A stretch of 64,000 nt of DNA from Alphaproteobacteria bacterium (GCA_009694185.1 SHVR01000005.1:10468-74467); one strand, 5' to 3'; shown: positions 35,197 through 47,041, counted from the first letter of the stretch. The notes: a model not told the origin generated them from the sequence alone. Numbers and translations are program-made.

Positions 35197-36324
35197 TCAA
35201 TCCGCCTTGGCGATATGGTTGCGGCGCTTGGCGATGGTGCTTACCGGCACCAGCACGAAACCGCGCTCGGCCACGCTCGGCAGCCACGCCGCCAGCTCGC
35301 CGAGTGTGGCGTCATGAGGGTGGCCGATGGCGACCGCATGGCCGGCCTTTCGCGCCAGGCGCTCGAACTGGTCGAGCTGGTGGCGCACGGCGGCGCGCGT
35401 CGGCACGTTGTCGAGGAAGATATCCCGCGCCACCGACGGCACGCCCAGTTGCCGCGATAGGCCCTCGGCGACGCTGGCACCGGTCGTGCGCGAGTCGAGA
35501 AACAACAGCCCGCGCAATCGGAGCTCGGCCATGACCACGCGCATGCCGGCCGTCTCCGCCGTAAAGCGGCTGCCCATATGATTGTTGATGCCGACATAGC
35601 CCTCGAAGCGGCCGAGGGCGGCACGCAGGCGCGCCAGGATCAGGGCCTCGCCCAGACCCGTCTCGAGGGCATCGGGTCCCGGGTCGAGGCCCGCGCCCAT
35701 GGGCTGCATCGGCATGTGCAGGAGAAGCTCATGGCCCCGGGCGCGCGCCTCCGCCGCCTGCTTCGCGAGTTCGGGTCCATAGGGCAGAAACGCCATGGTG
35801 AGCGGTCCCATGAGGTGAAGCGCCCGCCCCGTGCGGGTCCGATCGAGACCGAGATCGTCGATGACCACGGCCAGCATCGGCTTGCCATCGCTCTCCAGCA
35901 CGGCGACGGCGTTGCTGAGCCAGGCGCCCGTGTCGGGAAGCGCCGGCGCCGGCGGTGGCGGCGGATCGGGAAACGGCAGCGGCCGGGCCGCTACCCCCCG
36001 GTCCCGGGGCGTGTGCGGCACGATGTCCAACGGCGGCTGTTCCCCCGGGGCTGGCCGGATCGCCCGTGGCGCCGTCCAGGGCGGCGGCAGAACCCGTTCG
36101 GGATCGTCGCCGACCACCACTTCCGGAGCCGGTGGCGCTGGCTCGGCGGGCGGAGGCAAGGGCAACACCAGCGCCGCTTCGGCCGCGTCTATGGCCTCCG
36201 ACGCAATGGTGCGGTCGGGGCTCCATTGCCCGAGCCCGAGCCACCCGGCCAGGGCCAGCACGAGCAGCGCCGACGCAATCCAGATGATGGCCCGCCGCAC
36301 TTTGATCCGATCAATCCATCGCAC
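35197..36324 (-). CDS. Divergent polysaccharide deacetylase family protein (YibQ-like)
   Basis: TM anchor, Pro-rich linker, VIDDLG, LHMPMQP, NNHMGSRFT, FLDSRT, RDIFLDN, AIGHPH. Confidence 0.92.
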   Translation of the reverse strand: MRWIDRIKVRRAIIWIASALLVLALAGWLGLGQWSPDRTIASEAIDAAEAALVLPLPPPAEPAPPAPEVVVGDDPERVLPPPWTAPRAIRPAPGEQPPLDIVPHTPRDRGVAARPLPFPDPPPPPAPALPDTGAWLSNAVAVLESDGKPMLAVVIDDLGLDRTRTGRALHLMGPLTMAFLPYGPELAKQAAEARARGHELLLHMPMQPMGAGLDPGPDALETGLGEALILARLRAALGRFEGYVGINNHMGSRFTAETAGMRVVMAELRLRGLLFLDSRTTGASVAEGLSRQLGVPSVARDIFLDNVPTRAAVRHQLDQFERLARKAGHAVAIGHPHDATLGELAAWLPSVAERGFVLVPVSTIAKRRNHIAKAD

Positions 36325-36436
36325 CCGCTTTGCCTAGTCGGCGGCGCCCTTCGCGTAAAGCGGAAACTGGAGCGCGCTTTTCGCCGCTCGCCCCAACCTG
36401 TTATAAGGACCCGGGTCCCCGTGGGAGGCCAAGGCC

Positions 36437-37063
36437 ATGTTCCTCTTGATCGACAACTATGACAGTTTCACCTACAACCTGATGCATTTCGTGGGTGAGT
36501 TGGGCGCCGAGGTCAGGGTCTGCCGCAACGACGCGCTCACCGCCGCCGAAGCCATGGCCATGGCGCCCGAAGGCATCGTTCTCTCGCCCGGACCGTGTGA
36601 TCCCGACCGGGCGGGCATCTGCCTCGACTTGATCTTGGCCGCCGCCGGCAAGCTGCCGGTGCTGGGTGTGTGCCTAGGGCACCAGGCGGTCGGCCAGGCG
36701 TTTGGCGGTCGCATCGTGCGCGCGCCGGAATGCATGCATGGCAAGCTCTCGCGCATCCATCACAAGGGCACGGGCATCTTCAAGGGCCTGCCCAACCCCT
36801 TCGAGGCGACGCGCTATCACTCGCTCGTCGTCGAGCGGGCGAGCCTGCCGGACTGCTTCGAGATTATCGCCGAAACCGAAGACGGCCTGATCATGGCGAT
36901 CGAACATAAGGGCCTGCCCATCCAGGGCGTGCAGTTCCACCCCGAAAGCATCGCCTCCGAGCATGGCCATGCGTTGCTCGGAAATTTCCTGGCGAGTGCG
37001 ACCAACGGCCGCTTGCCGTCGCGGGCACCCCAACCCCTGCCGCCGCGCCGCGTCGCCGCATGA
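36437..37063 (+). CDS. trpG: Anthranilate synthase component II (glutamine amidotransferase)
   Basis: [33 protein letters not shown]. Confidence 0.96.
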   Translation: MFLLIDNYDSFTYNLMHFVGELGAEVRVCRNDALTAAEAMAMAPEGIVLSPGPCDPDRAGICLDLILAAAGKLPVLGVCLGHQAVGQAFGGRIVRAPECMHGKLSRIHHKGTGIFKGLPNPFEATRYHSLVVERASLPDCFEIIAETEDGLIMAIEHKGLPIQGVQFHPESIASEHGHALLGNFLASATNGRLPSRAPQPLPPRRVAA

Positions 37064-38106
37064 GCGAGGCCGCCCCCGATCTGAAGCCGCTGCTGGCGCA
37101 TATCGCGGCCGGCCGAACGCTGAGCGAGAAGGAGGCGGAGGCAGCCTTCGACATCATCATGTCCGGCAACGCGACGGCGGCCCAGATCGGTGCCTTCCTG
37201 ATGGGGTTGCGCGTGCGCGGCGAGAGCGTCGACGAGATCACGGCCGGCGCCAGGATCATGCGCCGCAAAGCCCTTGCCATCGAGGCGCCCGCCGGCGCCA
37301 TCGACACTTGCGGCACCGGCGGCGACAATTCCGGCACGCTCAACATCTCGACCGCCACGGCCCTGGTGGTGGCGGCGGCTGGCGTGCCGGTCGCCAAGCA
37401 CGGCAATCGCAGCCTCTCGTCCCGGTCCGGCTCGGCCGACGTGCTGACGGCTCTCGGTGTCGACATCCAGGCCGACATGAGCCTGGTGCGCCAGTGCTTG
37501 TGGGAGAACCGGATCGGCTTCCTGATGGCGCCGCGTCATCATGGCGCCATGCGGCATGTGGCGGCGGCCAGGGTCGAACTCGGCACGCGGACGATCTTCA
37601 ATCTGCTCGGCCCCCTCTCGAACCCCGCCGGCGCCAAGCGCCAACTCGTCGGTGTCTTCGCCGAGGAATGGGTCGAGCCGCTCGCCCGAGTGCTGGGCAA
37701 TCTCGGCGCCGAGCGGGCCTGGGTCGTCCATGGCGGCGACGGATTGGACGAGCTGACGACGACCGGCCCGTCGCACGTCGCCGAATATTATGAGGGGCGC
37801 GTGCGGCGCTTCACCGTGACGCCGGCCGATGCCGGCTTGCCCCTCGGCCGGAGCCAAGACCTCAAGGGCGGCGACCCGGCCGAGAATGCCGCCGCCTTGC
37901 GGGCGCTCCTTGCCGGCCAAGCCGGGGCCTATCGCGATATCGTACTGCTGAACAGTGCCGCCGCCTTGCTGGTGGCGGGTGCCGTCCCGAATCTTGTCGA
38001 GGGCGTTGCGCGGGCACGGGCGGCCATTGATGGCGGCCAGGCGGCGGTCGTGCTGGCGGAGCTCGTCGCCATCACCAATACGCCGCCGGGCGCTCGTGCC
38101 CCATGA
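37060..38106 (+). CDS. trpD: Anthranilate phosphoribosyltransferase
   Basis: [40 protein letters not shown]. Confidence 0.98.
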   Translation: MSEAAPDLKPLLAHIAAGRTLSEKEAEAAFDIIMSGNATAAQIGAFLMGLRVRGESVDEITAGARIMRRKALAIEAPAGAIDTCGTGGDNSGTLNISTATALVVAAAGVPVAKHGNRSLSSRSGSADVLTALGVDIQADMSLVRQCLWENRIGFLMAPRHHGAMRHVAAARVELGTRTIFNLLGPLSNPAGAKRQLVGVFAEEWVEPLARVLGNLGAERAWVVHGGDGLDELTTTGPSHVAEYYEGRVRRFTVTPADAGLPLGRSQDLKGGDPAENAAALRALLAGQAGAYRDIVLLNSAAALLVAGAVPNLVEGVARARAAIDGGQAAVVLAELVAITNTPPGARAP

Positions 38107-38927
38107 GCGATACGCTGGAGCGCATTCTCGCCGACAAGCGCCAGGAAGTGGCCCGGCGCCAATCGACCCGGCCACTGACGGCCATCGAGGCCGCCGCCCG
38201 CGCCCAGACGCCACCCCGGGGCTTTGCCGACCGGCTCAAAGCGGCGATTGCCGGCGGCCGTTACGGATTGATTGCCGAGATCAAGAAGGCCTCGCCCAGC
38301 CGCGGCCTCATCCGGGCCGATTTCGATCCCGCCAGCCTTGCCCGCGCCTATGGGCAAGGTGGCGCCACCTGCCTCTCGGTGCTGACCGACGGACCCTGGT
38401 TCCAGGGCGCCGACGCCGATCTCCAGGCGGCCCGAGCGGCGGTGGATTTGCCGGTCTTGCGCAAGGACTTCATGCTCGATCCTTACCAAATCATCGAGGC
38501 CCGGGCGATCGGCGCCGATTGCGTGCTGCTGATCCTGGCCGCCCTCGACGCCGGCACCGCCCAGCAATTGGAACACCAGGCGCACGCATGGGGTATGGAT
38601 GTCTTACTTGAAGTTCATGACGAACATGAATTGACGCGCGCCCTCGCGATGAAATCCACGCTCATCGGCATCAATAACCGTAATCTCAAAAGTTTACAGG
38701 TTGATCTTGCGACCACGGAGCGCTTGGCGCGGCTGGTTCCGCCTGGCCGACTGATGGTCAGCGAAAGTGGCATTCGCACACCCGGCGATCTGGCGCGTCT
38801 GGCCACGGTGGGCGCCCGCTGCTTCCTGGTGGGCGAGCATCTGATGAGCCAAGCCGATGTCACAGCCGCGACCCGCGCGTTGCTGGCGCCAGTCGGGATG
38901 GACAAGGCGGCGGTCGCGGGAGATTGA
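38103..38927 (+). CDS. trpC: Indole-3-glycerol phosphate synthase
   Basis: [33 protein letters not shown]. Confidence 0.98.
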   Translation: MSDTLERILADKRQEVARRQSTRPLTAIEAAARAQTPPRGFADRLKAAIAGGRYGLIAEIKKASPSRGLIRADFDPASLARAYGQGGATCLSVLTDGPWFQGADADLQAARAAVDLPVLRKDFMLDPYQIIEARAIGADCVLLILAALDAGTAQQLEHQAHAWGMDVLLEVHDEHELTRALAMKSTLIGINNRNLKSLQVDLATTERLARLVPPGRLMVSESGIRTPGDLARLATVGARCFLVGEHLMSQADVTAATRALLAPVGMDKAAVAGD

Positions 38928-38930
38928 GCT

Positions 38931-39410
38931 TTGACCGACCTCACCCATTTCGATGCCGAAGGCCGCGCCGTCATGGTGGACGTCTCGGACAAGCCCACAA
39001 GTGCCCGGACCGCCATCGCCGCCGGCCGGGTGATCATGCGGAGCGAGACCTTGCGGCTGGTGCAGGCGGGCGGCGTCACCAAGGGCGACGTGCTGGGCGT
39101 GGCGCGCCTCGCCGGCATCATGGCGGCCAAACGCACCGCCGAATTGATCCCGCTTTGCCACCCCTTGCCGCTCGCCTCGGTGACACTGGAGCTGGTATGC
39201 GATCCCGCCGGCCCAGCGGTCGACATTCGCGCCACCTGCAAGGTTACAGGTCGGACGGGGGTCGAAATGGAAGCCTTGACTGCAGTTTCCGTGGCGGCCC
39301 TCACCATTTACGACATGTGCAAGGCGGTTGATCGCGGCATGCGCATCGAGGCGATCCACCTGGTCCATAAATCGGGCGGGAAGTCCGGCACTTACGACGC
39401 CAAGCCATGA
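38931..39410 (+). CDS. moaC: Cyclic pyranopterin monophosphate synthase
   Basis: [40 protein letters not shown]. Confidence 0.98.
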   Translation: MTDLTHFDAEGRAVMVDVSDKPTSARTAIAAGRVIMRSETLRLVQAGGVTKGDVLGVARLAGIMAAKRTAELIPLCHPLPLASVTLELVCDPAGPAVDIRATCKVTGRTGVEMEALTAVSVAALTIYDMCKAVDRGMRIEAIHLVHKSGGKSGTYDAKP

Positions 39411-40621
39411 TCTCGGTGAAGGACGCCCGGGCGCGCATCCTGGCCGGCGTGGCGGCGCTCGCCGAAGAACAGGTAAGCCTCGCCAACGCCCATGGCCGGG
39501 TCCTGGCGCGGGCCATGGTGTCGCGCCGCACGCAACCACCCTTCGCGGTCTCGGCCATGGACGGCTACGCGGTCCGGGGCGCCGATGTGGCAACGGCACC
39601 CACAATTTTGCGCCAAGTCGGCGCAGTCGCCGCCGGCACCAGCTTCACCGGCCATGTGGGTCAGGGCGAGACCGTGCGCATCTTCACCGGAGCCCCACTC
39701 CCCGACGGCGCCGACACGATCGTGATCCAGGAAGACGTCACCGCCGAGGGCGACCGCATCGCGGTCAACGCGGCGACGGCGACCGGCCGCTATGTCCGCC
39801 CCGCCGGGCTGGATTTTGGGCAAGGCGAGGCCCTGCTTGCGGCCGGCCGCCTGCTGACCGCCCGCGATGTCGGCCTTGCCGCCGCCATGAACCTGCCCTG
39901 GCTGCCGGTTCGCCGCCAGCCGCAAGTGGCGCTGATCGCGACCGGCGACGAAATCGCCTTACCCGGCGATCCGATCGGCCCCCATCAAATCGTGAGCTCC
40001 AATGGGCCGGCCATGGCGGCCTTGGTGGGTGGCTCGGGCGGCATTGTCCGTGACCTCGGTATCGCGGCGGATACTCGCCAGTCGCTCCAGGCGCTCGCCC
40101 TCGGTGCGCGTGGCGCCGATGTGCTGGTGACTTTGGGCGGTGCCTCGGTCGGCGAGCACGATCTGGTGCAATCGGCGCTCAAGGAACAGGGCCTCGCCGT
40201 CGACTTCTGGCAGATCGCCATGCGGCCCGGCAAACCGCTGATGTTTGGCCGGCTGGGGGAGACCCTGGTATTGGGCCTGCCGGGCAATCCGGTCTCGTCC
40301 ATGGTCTGCGCGTTGTTGTTTCTCCGGCCGCTGCTGGCGGCCCTCCTCGGCCTTGCCGACACCGACCCGCCACGGGCGCGCGCCACCCTGGGGGCACCCC
40401 TTGGCGCCAACGACCGGCGCGAAGACTATCTGCGGGCGCAGCTCGACCACGATGCGACCGGCGGCCTCGTCGCCACGCCCTTCAAGGTCCAAGACAGCTC
40501 GATGCTCTCCTGGCTGGCGCGGGCCGATTGCCTGATCCTGCGCCCGCCCCTCGCCTCTGCCCTAAATGCCGGCGCTACGGTCGAGATCATTCCGTTCCGG
40601 GCGGACCCCGGCGGCTTTTGA
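39407..40621 (+). CDS. moeA: Molybdopterin molybdotransferase
   Basis: SAMDGYA, RIFTGAP, ATGDE, GGASVG, MRPGKP, LPGNPVS, QDSS. Confidence 0.97.
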   Translation: MISVKDARARILAGVAALAEEQVSLANAHGRVLARAMVSRRTQPPFAVSAMDGYAVRGADVATAPTILRQVGAVAAGTSFTGHVGQGETVRIFTGAPLPDGADTIVIQEDVTAEGDRIAVNAATATGRYVRPAGLDFGQGEALLAAGRLLTARDVGLAAAMNLPWLPVRRQPQVALIATGDEIALPGDPIGPHQIVSSNGPAMAALVGGSGGIVRDLGIAADTRQSLQALALGARGADVLVTLGGASVGEHDLVQSALKEQGLAVDFWQIAMRPGKPLMFGRLGETLVLGLPGNPVSSMVCALLFLRPLLAALLGLADTDPPRARATLGAPLGANDRREDYLRAQLDHDATGGLVATPFKVQDSSMLSWLARADCLILRPPLASALNAGATVEIIPFRADPGGF

Positions 40622-40630
40622 GGGTGGGTT

Positions 40631-43600
40631 ATGGCGAACGCGACAAACCCGGACAAGGTCGGCGATTGGCTGGGCGGGCTGGGGCTCGAGCAATACGCCG
40701 CGGCCTTCCGCGATAACGCCATCGATGTCGAGGTCCTGCCCGACCTGACCGCCGACGACCTCAAGGATCTCGGGGTCGGCCTGGTCGGCCATCGGCGCAA
40801 GCTGTTGGCGGCGATCGCGGCCCTACGCGACGTTGCAACCCTACCCGACGGCGCACCGGCGGCGCGAGAGGCGCCCGGCCCTGCTCCGCCCACCGACATG
40901 GCCGAGCGCCGCCAACTCACCATCCTGTTCTGCGATCTGGTCGGCTCGACCGAGCTGGCCCTGCGGCTCGACCTGGAGGATCTCCGCGAGGTCATCGCCG
41001 GCTATCACCGTCGGGTAAGCGAGCTATTGACCCGCCACGGTGGTTTTATCGCCAAGTTCATGGGCGACGGCGTGCTCGCCTATTTCGGCTATCCCGGGGC
41101 GCATGAGGACGACGCGGAGCGCTCGGTGCGAGCCGGTCTCGCCATCGCCGAGGCGATCGGGCACCTCGCCTCGCCGGCGCCGCTCCGAGTGCGCATCGGC
41201 ATCGCCACCGGCCTGGTCGTGGTCGGCGATCTGCTCGGCTCGGGCGCCTCGCGAGAGCAGGCGGTGGTCGGTGAAACGCCCAACCTCGCGGCGCGCCTGC
41301 AAGCGCTGGCCGAGCCGAACGCGGTGATCGTCGCGGATAGCACGCGGCGGCAGTTGGGTGCCTTGTTCGAGACCCAGGATCTCGGGCCGCGGACGTTGAA
41401 GGGCTTTTCCGAGGCACAGCGGGCCTGGCGGGTGATCGGCGAGAGCGGGGTCGAAAGCCGGTTCGCCGCCTTTCGCACCAGCGAGACGCCATTGGTCGGC
41501 CGCGCGGAGGAACTCGACCTGCTGCTGCGGCGCTGGAGCCAGGCGAAGGGCCGAGAGGGCCGCGTGGTGCTGCTCGCGGCCGAGCCGGGGATTGGCAAGT
41601 CGCGGTTGACCGAGGCGCTGGTCGAGCGCATCGCTGGCGAAGCACCGGTGGTGCTGCGGTATTTCTGCTCGCCGCATCACGAGGACAGTGCGTTGTACCC
41701 CGTCATCGCTCAGCTCGAACGGGCGGCCGGATTTACGCGCGCCGACCCGCCGGCCGCGAAACACGCGAAACTCCGGGCGCTGCTCGCCGGCAGCGCTTCG
41801 GTTGCTGACGATCTGCCGCTCCTCGCCGAGCTGTTGTCGCTGCCGGGTGGACCATCCATGTCGGCGCTGGAGATGCCGCCACAGCGCAAAAAAGAGCTGT
41901 CGTTCGAGGCGCTCCTCCGCCAACTCGAAGCCCTCGCCCACCGCCAGCCGGTGCTGATGCTGTTCGAGGACCTGCATTGGATCGACCCGACCACCCGCGA
42001 GCTGCTCGATCGCACCATCCAGCGGGTCGAAGGTCTGCCGGTGCTGCTGATCGCCACATTCCGGCCGGAGTTCCAATCGCCCTGGACCGGCCAACCCCAT
42101 GTCACGATGCTGGCATTGTCCCGGCTCGGCCGCCGTGATGGTGCCACGCTGGTGCGCCAGCTCCTGGCCGACGCGGCGGCGCTGCCAGCGGAGACCGTCG
42201 CGGAAATCGTCGAACGCACCGACGGCGTGCCCTTGTTTCTCGAAGAGGTGACCAAGGTCGTTCTCGAAGCAGCCCTGTCGAGTACGGCGGGCGGCACGGT
42301 CGCGGCGCTGCCGGGTACTCGGCTTGCCGTGCCGCCAACCTTGCAGGCCTCGCTGATGGCTCGGCTCGACCGGCTCGGGGCCGCGGCCCGGGATGCCGCC
42401 CAGACCGGTGCCGCGATCGGCCGCAATTTTTCCCACGAGCTGCTGCTGGCCGCCTCGCGGCAGAGCGAAGCCGAAACAGGCGCGGCGCTCGACGGCCTGG
42501 TGTCGGCGGGCCTGGTCTTTCAGCGCGGCGTCCCGCCCCAGGCCGAATACCAGTTCAAGCACGCGCTGATCCAGGACACCGCCTACGGCACCCTGTTGCG
42601 CGGCCCGCGCCAGGCCCTGCACGCGCGCATCGCCCGGGCGATGCGGGAACGATCTCCGGACATCGTCGAACGGTCGCCCGAATTTCTCGCCCATCACCTG
42701 ACCGAAGCGGGCGAGTTCGAGCGCGCTGCGACATTTTGGCTGGCGGCCGGGCGGCGCGCGGCGGACCGCTCGGCCAACATCGAGGTGGCCGCGCATCTGG
42801 CGCGCGGTATCGCGGCACTGAGCGGGCTGCCGGAGACGCCGGAGCGCGACGGCCAAGAGCTTGCCTTGCAGTTGGCGATCGGTCCGGCGCTGCTGTCGAA
42901 CCGGGGATTTGCGGCCCCCGAAGCCAGGGGCGCTTATCAGCGTGCCCGGGACGTGGCGGAGCGGCTCGACGACGATCGGGCGCGGTTCGCCGCGACCTGG
43001 GGACTATGGCTTACCGCCCTAGGCAGTGAGCGCGGGAATGAAAACCGCCTACGGTACCTTGGCGAGCTGGTCGAACTCGCCGATCGGATCGGCGATCCCG
43101 AGCTGACTTTGCAGGCGCATCACTCGGCCTGGGCCACCTGGATGTATGGTGGCGATTTCATCCGCGGACAAGATCACATTCGCCAAGGCCTCGCCCTCTA
43201 CGACCCCGACAAGCATCGCCACCACGCCCTGATGTATGGCGGTCACGATCCCGGGGTCTGCTGCAAGGGGGGAGGTGCCTTGGCCCTATGGGCGCTCGGC
43301 TATCCCGATCAGGCGGCCGAAAGCGCCCGCGAGGGCATCGCTCTCGCCGAATCGCTCGGTCATGTGCCCAGTGTCCTGCATGCCTTGTGGTTCGCCGGGA
43401 CGCTTTACCATCTGCGGCGGGACGCCGGGGCGACGCTCGATTGTGCCGAGCGCCTGCTGGCGCTCGGCCGGGAACACGGCCTGATGCAATATCTGGCGGT
43501 CGGCGGCATCCTGCATGGCTGGGCACAGACCCAATCTCGCATTGGAGAAGAGGGCTTGGCCGAACTCCGGTCCTCTGTCGGCATATACGAAGCAACCACC

Positions 43601-44002
43601 ACGGTCATGTTGGACGTGTATTGCACGGTCCTGACCAAGGCGGAGCTCGATGCCGGCAATGTGGCGCAGGCCGCGGCTGCTCTCGTCGAGACCGAGAGAG
43701 TCGGCAGGGGTTTTTGGCGGGCCGAGTGCCTGCGCCTCAAGGGTGACTTGCAGCGGCGCGGGCCAGTCCCGGACAGCGCCACCGCCGAGCAATTCTACCT
43801 GGAAGCAATTACCGTTGCGCGGGCGCAGCAGGCCAGGTCGCTTGAATTGCGCGCCGCCACCGGCCTGGTCCGGCTGTGGCGCGACGAGGGCCGGCGCGAC
43901 GAGGCCCGCGATCTGCTCGCGCCGCTCTATGGCTGGTTCGCCGAGGGGCTCGACACACCCGACCTCGTCGAGGCGAAGACCCTGCTTGATAGCCTCGTGT
44001 GA
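40631..44002 (+). CDS. SAM-class III nucleotide cyclase-STAND NTPase-TPR protein
   Basis: SAM (WLGGLGLEQY...DLKDLGV...GHRRKLL); cyclase (ILFCDLVGST, KFMGDG, PNLAARLQ); Walker A AEPGIGKS; Walker B FEDLHW; GVP; FKH; helical repeats ending ELRAA...EGLDTPDL. Confidence 0.92.
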   Translation: MANATNPDKVGDWLGGLGLEQYAAAFRDNAIDVEVLPDLTADDLKDLGVGLVGHRRKLLAAIAALRDVATLPDGAPAAREAPGPAPPTDMAERRQLTILFCDLVGSTELALRLDLEDLREVIAGYHRRVSELLTRHGGFIAKFMGDGVLAYFGYPGAHEDDAERSVRAGLAIAEAIGHLASPAPLRVRIGIATGLVVVGDLLGSGASREQAVVGETPNLAARLQALAEPNAVIVADSTRRQLGALFETQDLGPRTLKGFSEAQRAWRVIGESGVESRFAAFRTSETPLVGRAEELDLLLRRWSQAKGREGRVVLLAAEPGIGKSRLTEALVERIAGEAPVVLRYFCSPHHEDSALYPVIAQLERAAGFTRADPPAAKHAKLRALLAGSASVADDLPLLAELLSLPGGPSMSALEMPPQRKKELSFEALLRQLEALAHRQPVLMLFEDLHWIDPTTRELLDRTIQRVEGLPVLLIATFRPEFQSPWTGQPHVTMLALSRLGRRDGATLVRQLLADAAALPAETVAEIVERTDGVPLFLEEVTKVVLEAALSSTAGGTVAALPGTRLAVPPTLQASLMARLDRLGAAARDAAQTGAAIGRNFSHELLLAASRQSEAETGAALDGLVSAGLVFQRGVPPQAEYQFKHALIQDTAYGTLLRGPRQALHARIARAMRERSPDIVERSPEFLAHHLTEAGEFERAATFWLAAGRRAADRSANIEVAAHLARGIAALSGLPETPERDGQELALQLAIGPALLSNRGFAAPEARGAYQRARDVAERLDDDRARFAATWGLWLTALGSERGNENRLRYLGELVELADRIGDPELTLQAHHSAWATWMYGGDFIRGQDHIRQGLALYDPDKHRHHALMYGGHDPGVCCKGGGALALWALGYPDQAAESAREGIALAESLGHVPSVLHALWFAGTLYHLRRDAGATLDCAERLLALGREHGLMQYLAVGGILHGWAQTQSRIGEEGLAELRSSVGIYEATTTVMLDVYCTVLTKAELDAGNVAQAAAALVETERVGRGFWRAECLRLKGDLQRRGPVPDSATAEQFYLEAITVARAQQARSLELRAATGLVRLWRDEGRRDEARDLLAPLYGWFAEGLDTPDLVEAKTLLDSLV

Positions 44003-44021
44003 GTTGGGCGTCGGGCCGGCC

Positions 44022-44074
44022 TTGACAGGGTCAGGGAACCAAACTAGAACATGTGTTGAGTTTTGGTTTTGTTC
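44022..44074 (+). promoter_or_regulatory. lexA sigma70 promoter with two LexA (SOS) boxes
   Basis: TTGACA (44022-44027), 17-bp spacer, TAGAAC (44045-44050). GAAC-N7-GAAC at 44036-44050 and GTTT-N7-GTTC at 44060-44074, matching the alphaproteobacterial SOS box. Confidence 0.88.
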
Positions 44075-44121
44075 CAGATATAGTGGTTTTCGACGCTGGC
44101 AACGAAGAATGAGGGTTGGCG

Positions 44122-44856
44122 ATGTTAACGCGGAAGCAACAGGAGCTGCTGCTCTACATCAATGGGCGCATCACCGAGGACGGGGTGTCGCCCTCTTTCG
44201 ACGAGATGAAGGACGCGCTCGGCCTCAAGTCCAAGTCGGGCATCCACCGCCTGATCACCGGTCTGGTCGAACGCAAATTCCTCCAGCGCATCGCCCACCG
44301 GGCCAGGGCACTCGAGGTTTTGCGCCTGCCGACCACGGCCGGCATCATGCCAGGTGCCCCGGACGCGGAAGCGGACGCCGAAAAGGGCAACGTGCTCCGG
44401 CCGGATTTCCAACCGCGACCGACCGCCGTGCCGAACGCGCGTGCGTCGAGCTCTGGGACGGGCGGCACCAACCCGGGTGCGAGCATACCGCTGTTCGGGC
44501 GGATCGCCGCCGGGACGCCCATCGAGGCACTGCGCGACCCGGGTAATTTTATCGACGTGCCCGGCCACCTGCTCGGCCGGGGGGAGCATTTCGCCCTCGA
44601 AGTAGCCGGCGATTCCATGATCGACGCCGGCATCTACGAGGGTGACACGGTGCTGATCGAGCGCTGCGATACGGCCGATCCCGGCAGCATCGTGGTGGCC
44701 TTGATCGACGATCAGGAGGCGATGCTGAAGCGGCTCCGCCGCAACAAGGGTTCGATCGCCCTCGAGTCGGCCAACCCCAAATACGAGACCCGCATCTTCG
44801 GCCCGGACCGGGTCAAGATTCAGGGCCGTCTGGTGGGATTGCTGCGGCGCTATTGA
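44122..44856 (+). CDS. lexA: SOS repressor LexA
   Basis: [28 protein letters not shown] cleavage site, catalytic GDSM and LKR. Confidence 0.98.
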   Translation: MLTRKQQELLLYINGRITEDGVSPSFDEMKDALGLKSKSGIHRLITGLVERKFLQRIAHRARALEVLRLPTTAGIMPGAPDAEADAEKGNVLRPDFQPRPTAVPNARASSSGTGGTNPGASIPLFGRIAAGTPIEALRDPGNFIDVPGHLLGRGEHFALEVAGDSMIDAGIYEGDTVLIERCDTADPGSIVVALIDDQEAMLKRLRRNKGSIALESANPKYETRIFGPDRVKIQGRLVGLLRRY

Positions 44857-47041
44857 CCTGAATCTCGCCGTCGCGTACCTCGCCGGCCCGGCGCGGCAGA
44901 ACCACCCAGGGGCGGTTGCCGCGCTCGCCGTTGACGGTCTGGATACGGATGCGCTTGCCGTCCAACCAGATCGCGTGGCCACCCTGGCGCCATAGATCGA
45001 AGCGATCGACGATGAGCACCGCCTGGCGGCAGGCGCGCCGATCGGCGCCGCGCACCGGCACTTGGCTCACGACGATCTGGGCACCGGCACAGTCCGGGTG
45101 GAGCTTACCTTCGGCGAGCGGCAGGACCACGGCCACCTCGCCGACACGATAGAGGCAGCGCCCTCCCGCACAGGTCAGCCGGCCGTCGGCGCTGGTACCG
45201 GACTTGGGCCACGCACCCGCCACATCGCCGCCGCTGCGCCGGAGCCAAACGTCGCGGACGAACGCGGCACTCTTCTCGGACGAGAGCCAGAAGCCGCCAT
45301 CCTGGGCGCGCGCCGCCACCAACCGCCCGTCACCGAAGAGCAGCAAATCGGCCGGCTTGACCAGCAGCGTCGAGGCGATGCCGGCGACGATGCCGAGTGC
45401 CCCGAACCAGCGCCAGCCCTGCTGCCATATGGCGAGCCAGAGGCCCCCCAGGACGATCAGCCCAAGGCCCGCGCCCGGCATGGCGGGCACCGTCCAAACG
45501 GCACCGGACCACGCCTGGACCGTGCGGGCCACGGCGAGGATGGCATCGACACCCCAGCCGAGCGGTACCAGCGCCCAAGCCTCGAGACCGAACGGCATCA
45601 AGAGAACGGCAACCAGCAGCCACGGCATCACCCAGAATGACGAGACCGGCACCGCCAGCAAATTGGCCACCACGCCGTAAGCCGGAAAGCGGTTGAAGTG
45701 GTAGATGCCAAAGGGCGTGGTCGCGACGGTCGCGATCAGTGACGTGAGCATCAGCAAGCCGACATAGAATGCCGCCGCCTGGAGCCAGGTTCGCTCCCCC
45801 ACACCCCGGCTATCGGCGCGGGCGAGGCGGGCGGCCCGTCGCTTGGCTGCCCACTCATAGACGGCAATCAAGGCGACGACGGCGGAGAAGGAAAGCTGGA
45901 AGCTCGCGCCCAGCAGGCTTTCGGGTGCCACGAGGATGATGAGTGCGCCGGCCCAGGCGACGGTGCGCATGTTGATCGCCATGCGGCCCGCCAGCACCGC
46001 CACCATGACGATCGCCAGCATGATGAAGGACCGCTGCGCCGGGACGGCGGCACCCGATATCATGAGATAGAGGGCCGCGACCATGGCGGCGACGATGGTG
46101 GCGCACTTCTTGATGTCGACACGCAGTGCCAGCGGCCCGATGAGCGCCAGAAGCGCGCGCAGAACGAAGAACACGAACCCGGCCGCGAGGCCGATATTCA
46201 TGCCCGAAATGGCGAGGAGATGAGCGAGGCCCGAATCGCGCATCGCCTGGAGGGCCTCGTCCGGGATACCGCCGCGTATGCCGGTCAGAAGCGCGCCCGC
46301 GATGGCACCCCGGGCACGGCCCGTTTCGTCGCCGTCGAAGACATCCTCGATGCGTTGCTGGAGGTCGTGGCGAAAGGCCGCGAGGCGGATGCTCCAGGCG
46401 ACATCGGGGCCGGCCACCTCCGGCGCCGCGACGGGGCCGACGGCATAGCCCGTGGCACCGATGCGCTGGAAGAAGCCACTCCATTGCCCGTCGAAGGCGC
46501 CCGGCATGGCCGGCGGCGAGAGCGGCAGCAGGACGGCCTTGACCGTGAGCCGCTCACCGGGTCGAGGTGGCTTGGTCAAGCCGTTGACGCGGAGGCGGAT
46601 GCGGGCGGGGGTCGCGGGCTTCTCCAACCCCTCGACGACCGGGTTCTCCAGAACGACGCGATGACCGCGGGCCAGGCGCTCGCTCTCGACGATCCGGCCC
46701 GAGACGGTCACGGGCCCGAGCCGCCGCTCGATGCGCGGACCGGCGAGTTCGCCTACATGCCATTGCGACACCGCGAAGCCGAGAGCTGCGGCAAGGAGCC
46801 CGAACAGCACCGCGCCGAGCCCGCGCGGCTCGACGCGGAGCCCGTACCAGGCGGCGGTGGCGATGGCGGCAAGCGCCAGCACGCCAAGGCTCCAGGCCGG
46901 CGCCGGTTCCACCGGCCAAGCGAAATAGACCACATTGCCGACACCGATGGCGACCGGCAGCCAGAGCTGCCAGCGCTCCGCTTCCCGCGCAAGCCACGCC
47001 GGTCGCCATGGCCGCGAGGCCGCCGGTTCGCGCTCGACCAT
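44813..47041 (-). CDS. comEC: ComEC/Rec2 competence protein
   Basis: Multiple TM helices, [29 protein letters not shown]. Start uncertain (47041-47086). Confidence 0.93.
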   Translation of the reverse strand: MVEREPAASRPWRPAWLAREAERWQLWLPVAIGVGNVVYFAWPVEPAPAWSLGVLALAAIATAAWYGLRVEPRGLGAVLFGLLAAALGFAVSQWHVGELAGPRIERRLGPVTVSGRIVESERLARGHRVVLENPVVEGLEKPATPARIRLRVNGLTKPPRPGERLTVKAVLLPLSPPAMPGAFDGQWSGFFQRIGATGYAVGPVAAPEVAGPDVAWSIRLAAFRHDLQQRIEDVFDGDETGRARGAIAGALLTGIRGGIPDEALQAMRDSGLAHLLAISGMNIGLAAGFVFFVLRALLALIGPLALRVDIKKCATIVAAMVAALYLMISGAAVPAQRSFIMLAIVMVAVLAGRMAINMRTVAWAGALIILVAPESLLGASFQLSFSAVVALIAVYEWAAKRRAARLARADSRGVGERTWLQAAAFYVGLLMLTSLIATVATTPFGIYHFNRFPAYGVVANLLAVPVSSFWVMPWLLVAVLLMPFGLEAWALVPLGWGVDAILAVARTVQAWSGAVWTVPAMPGAGLGLIVLGGLWLAIWQQGWRWFGALGIVAGIASTLLVKPADLLLFGDGRLVAARAQDGGFWLSSEKSAAFVRDVWLRRSGGDVAGAWPKSGTSADGRLTCAGGRCLYRVGEVAVVLPLAEGKLHPDCAGAQIVVSQVPVRGADRRACRQAVLIVDRFDLWRQGGHAIWLDGKRIRIQTVNGERGNRPWVVLPRRAGEVRDGEIQVNSAAAIPPDGPES

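Noticed and set aside
36325..36436. trp attenuator or leader peptide upstream of trpG or trpE
   Set aside because: No Trp-rich leader ORF or terminator seen; trpE directly follows ppiD.
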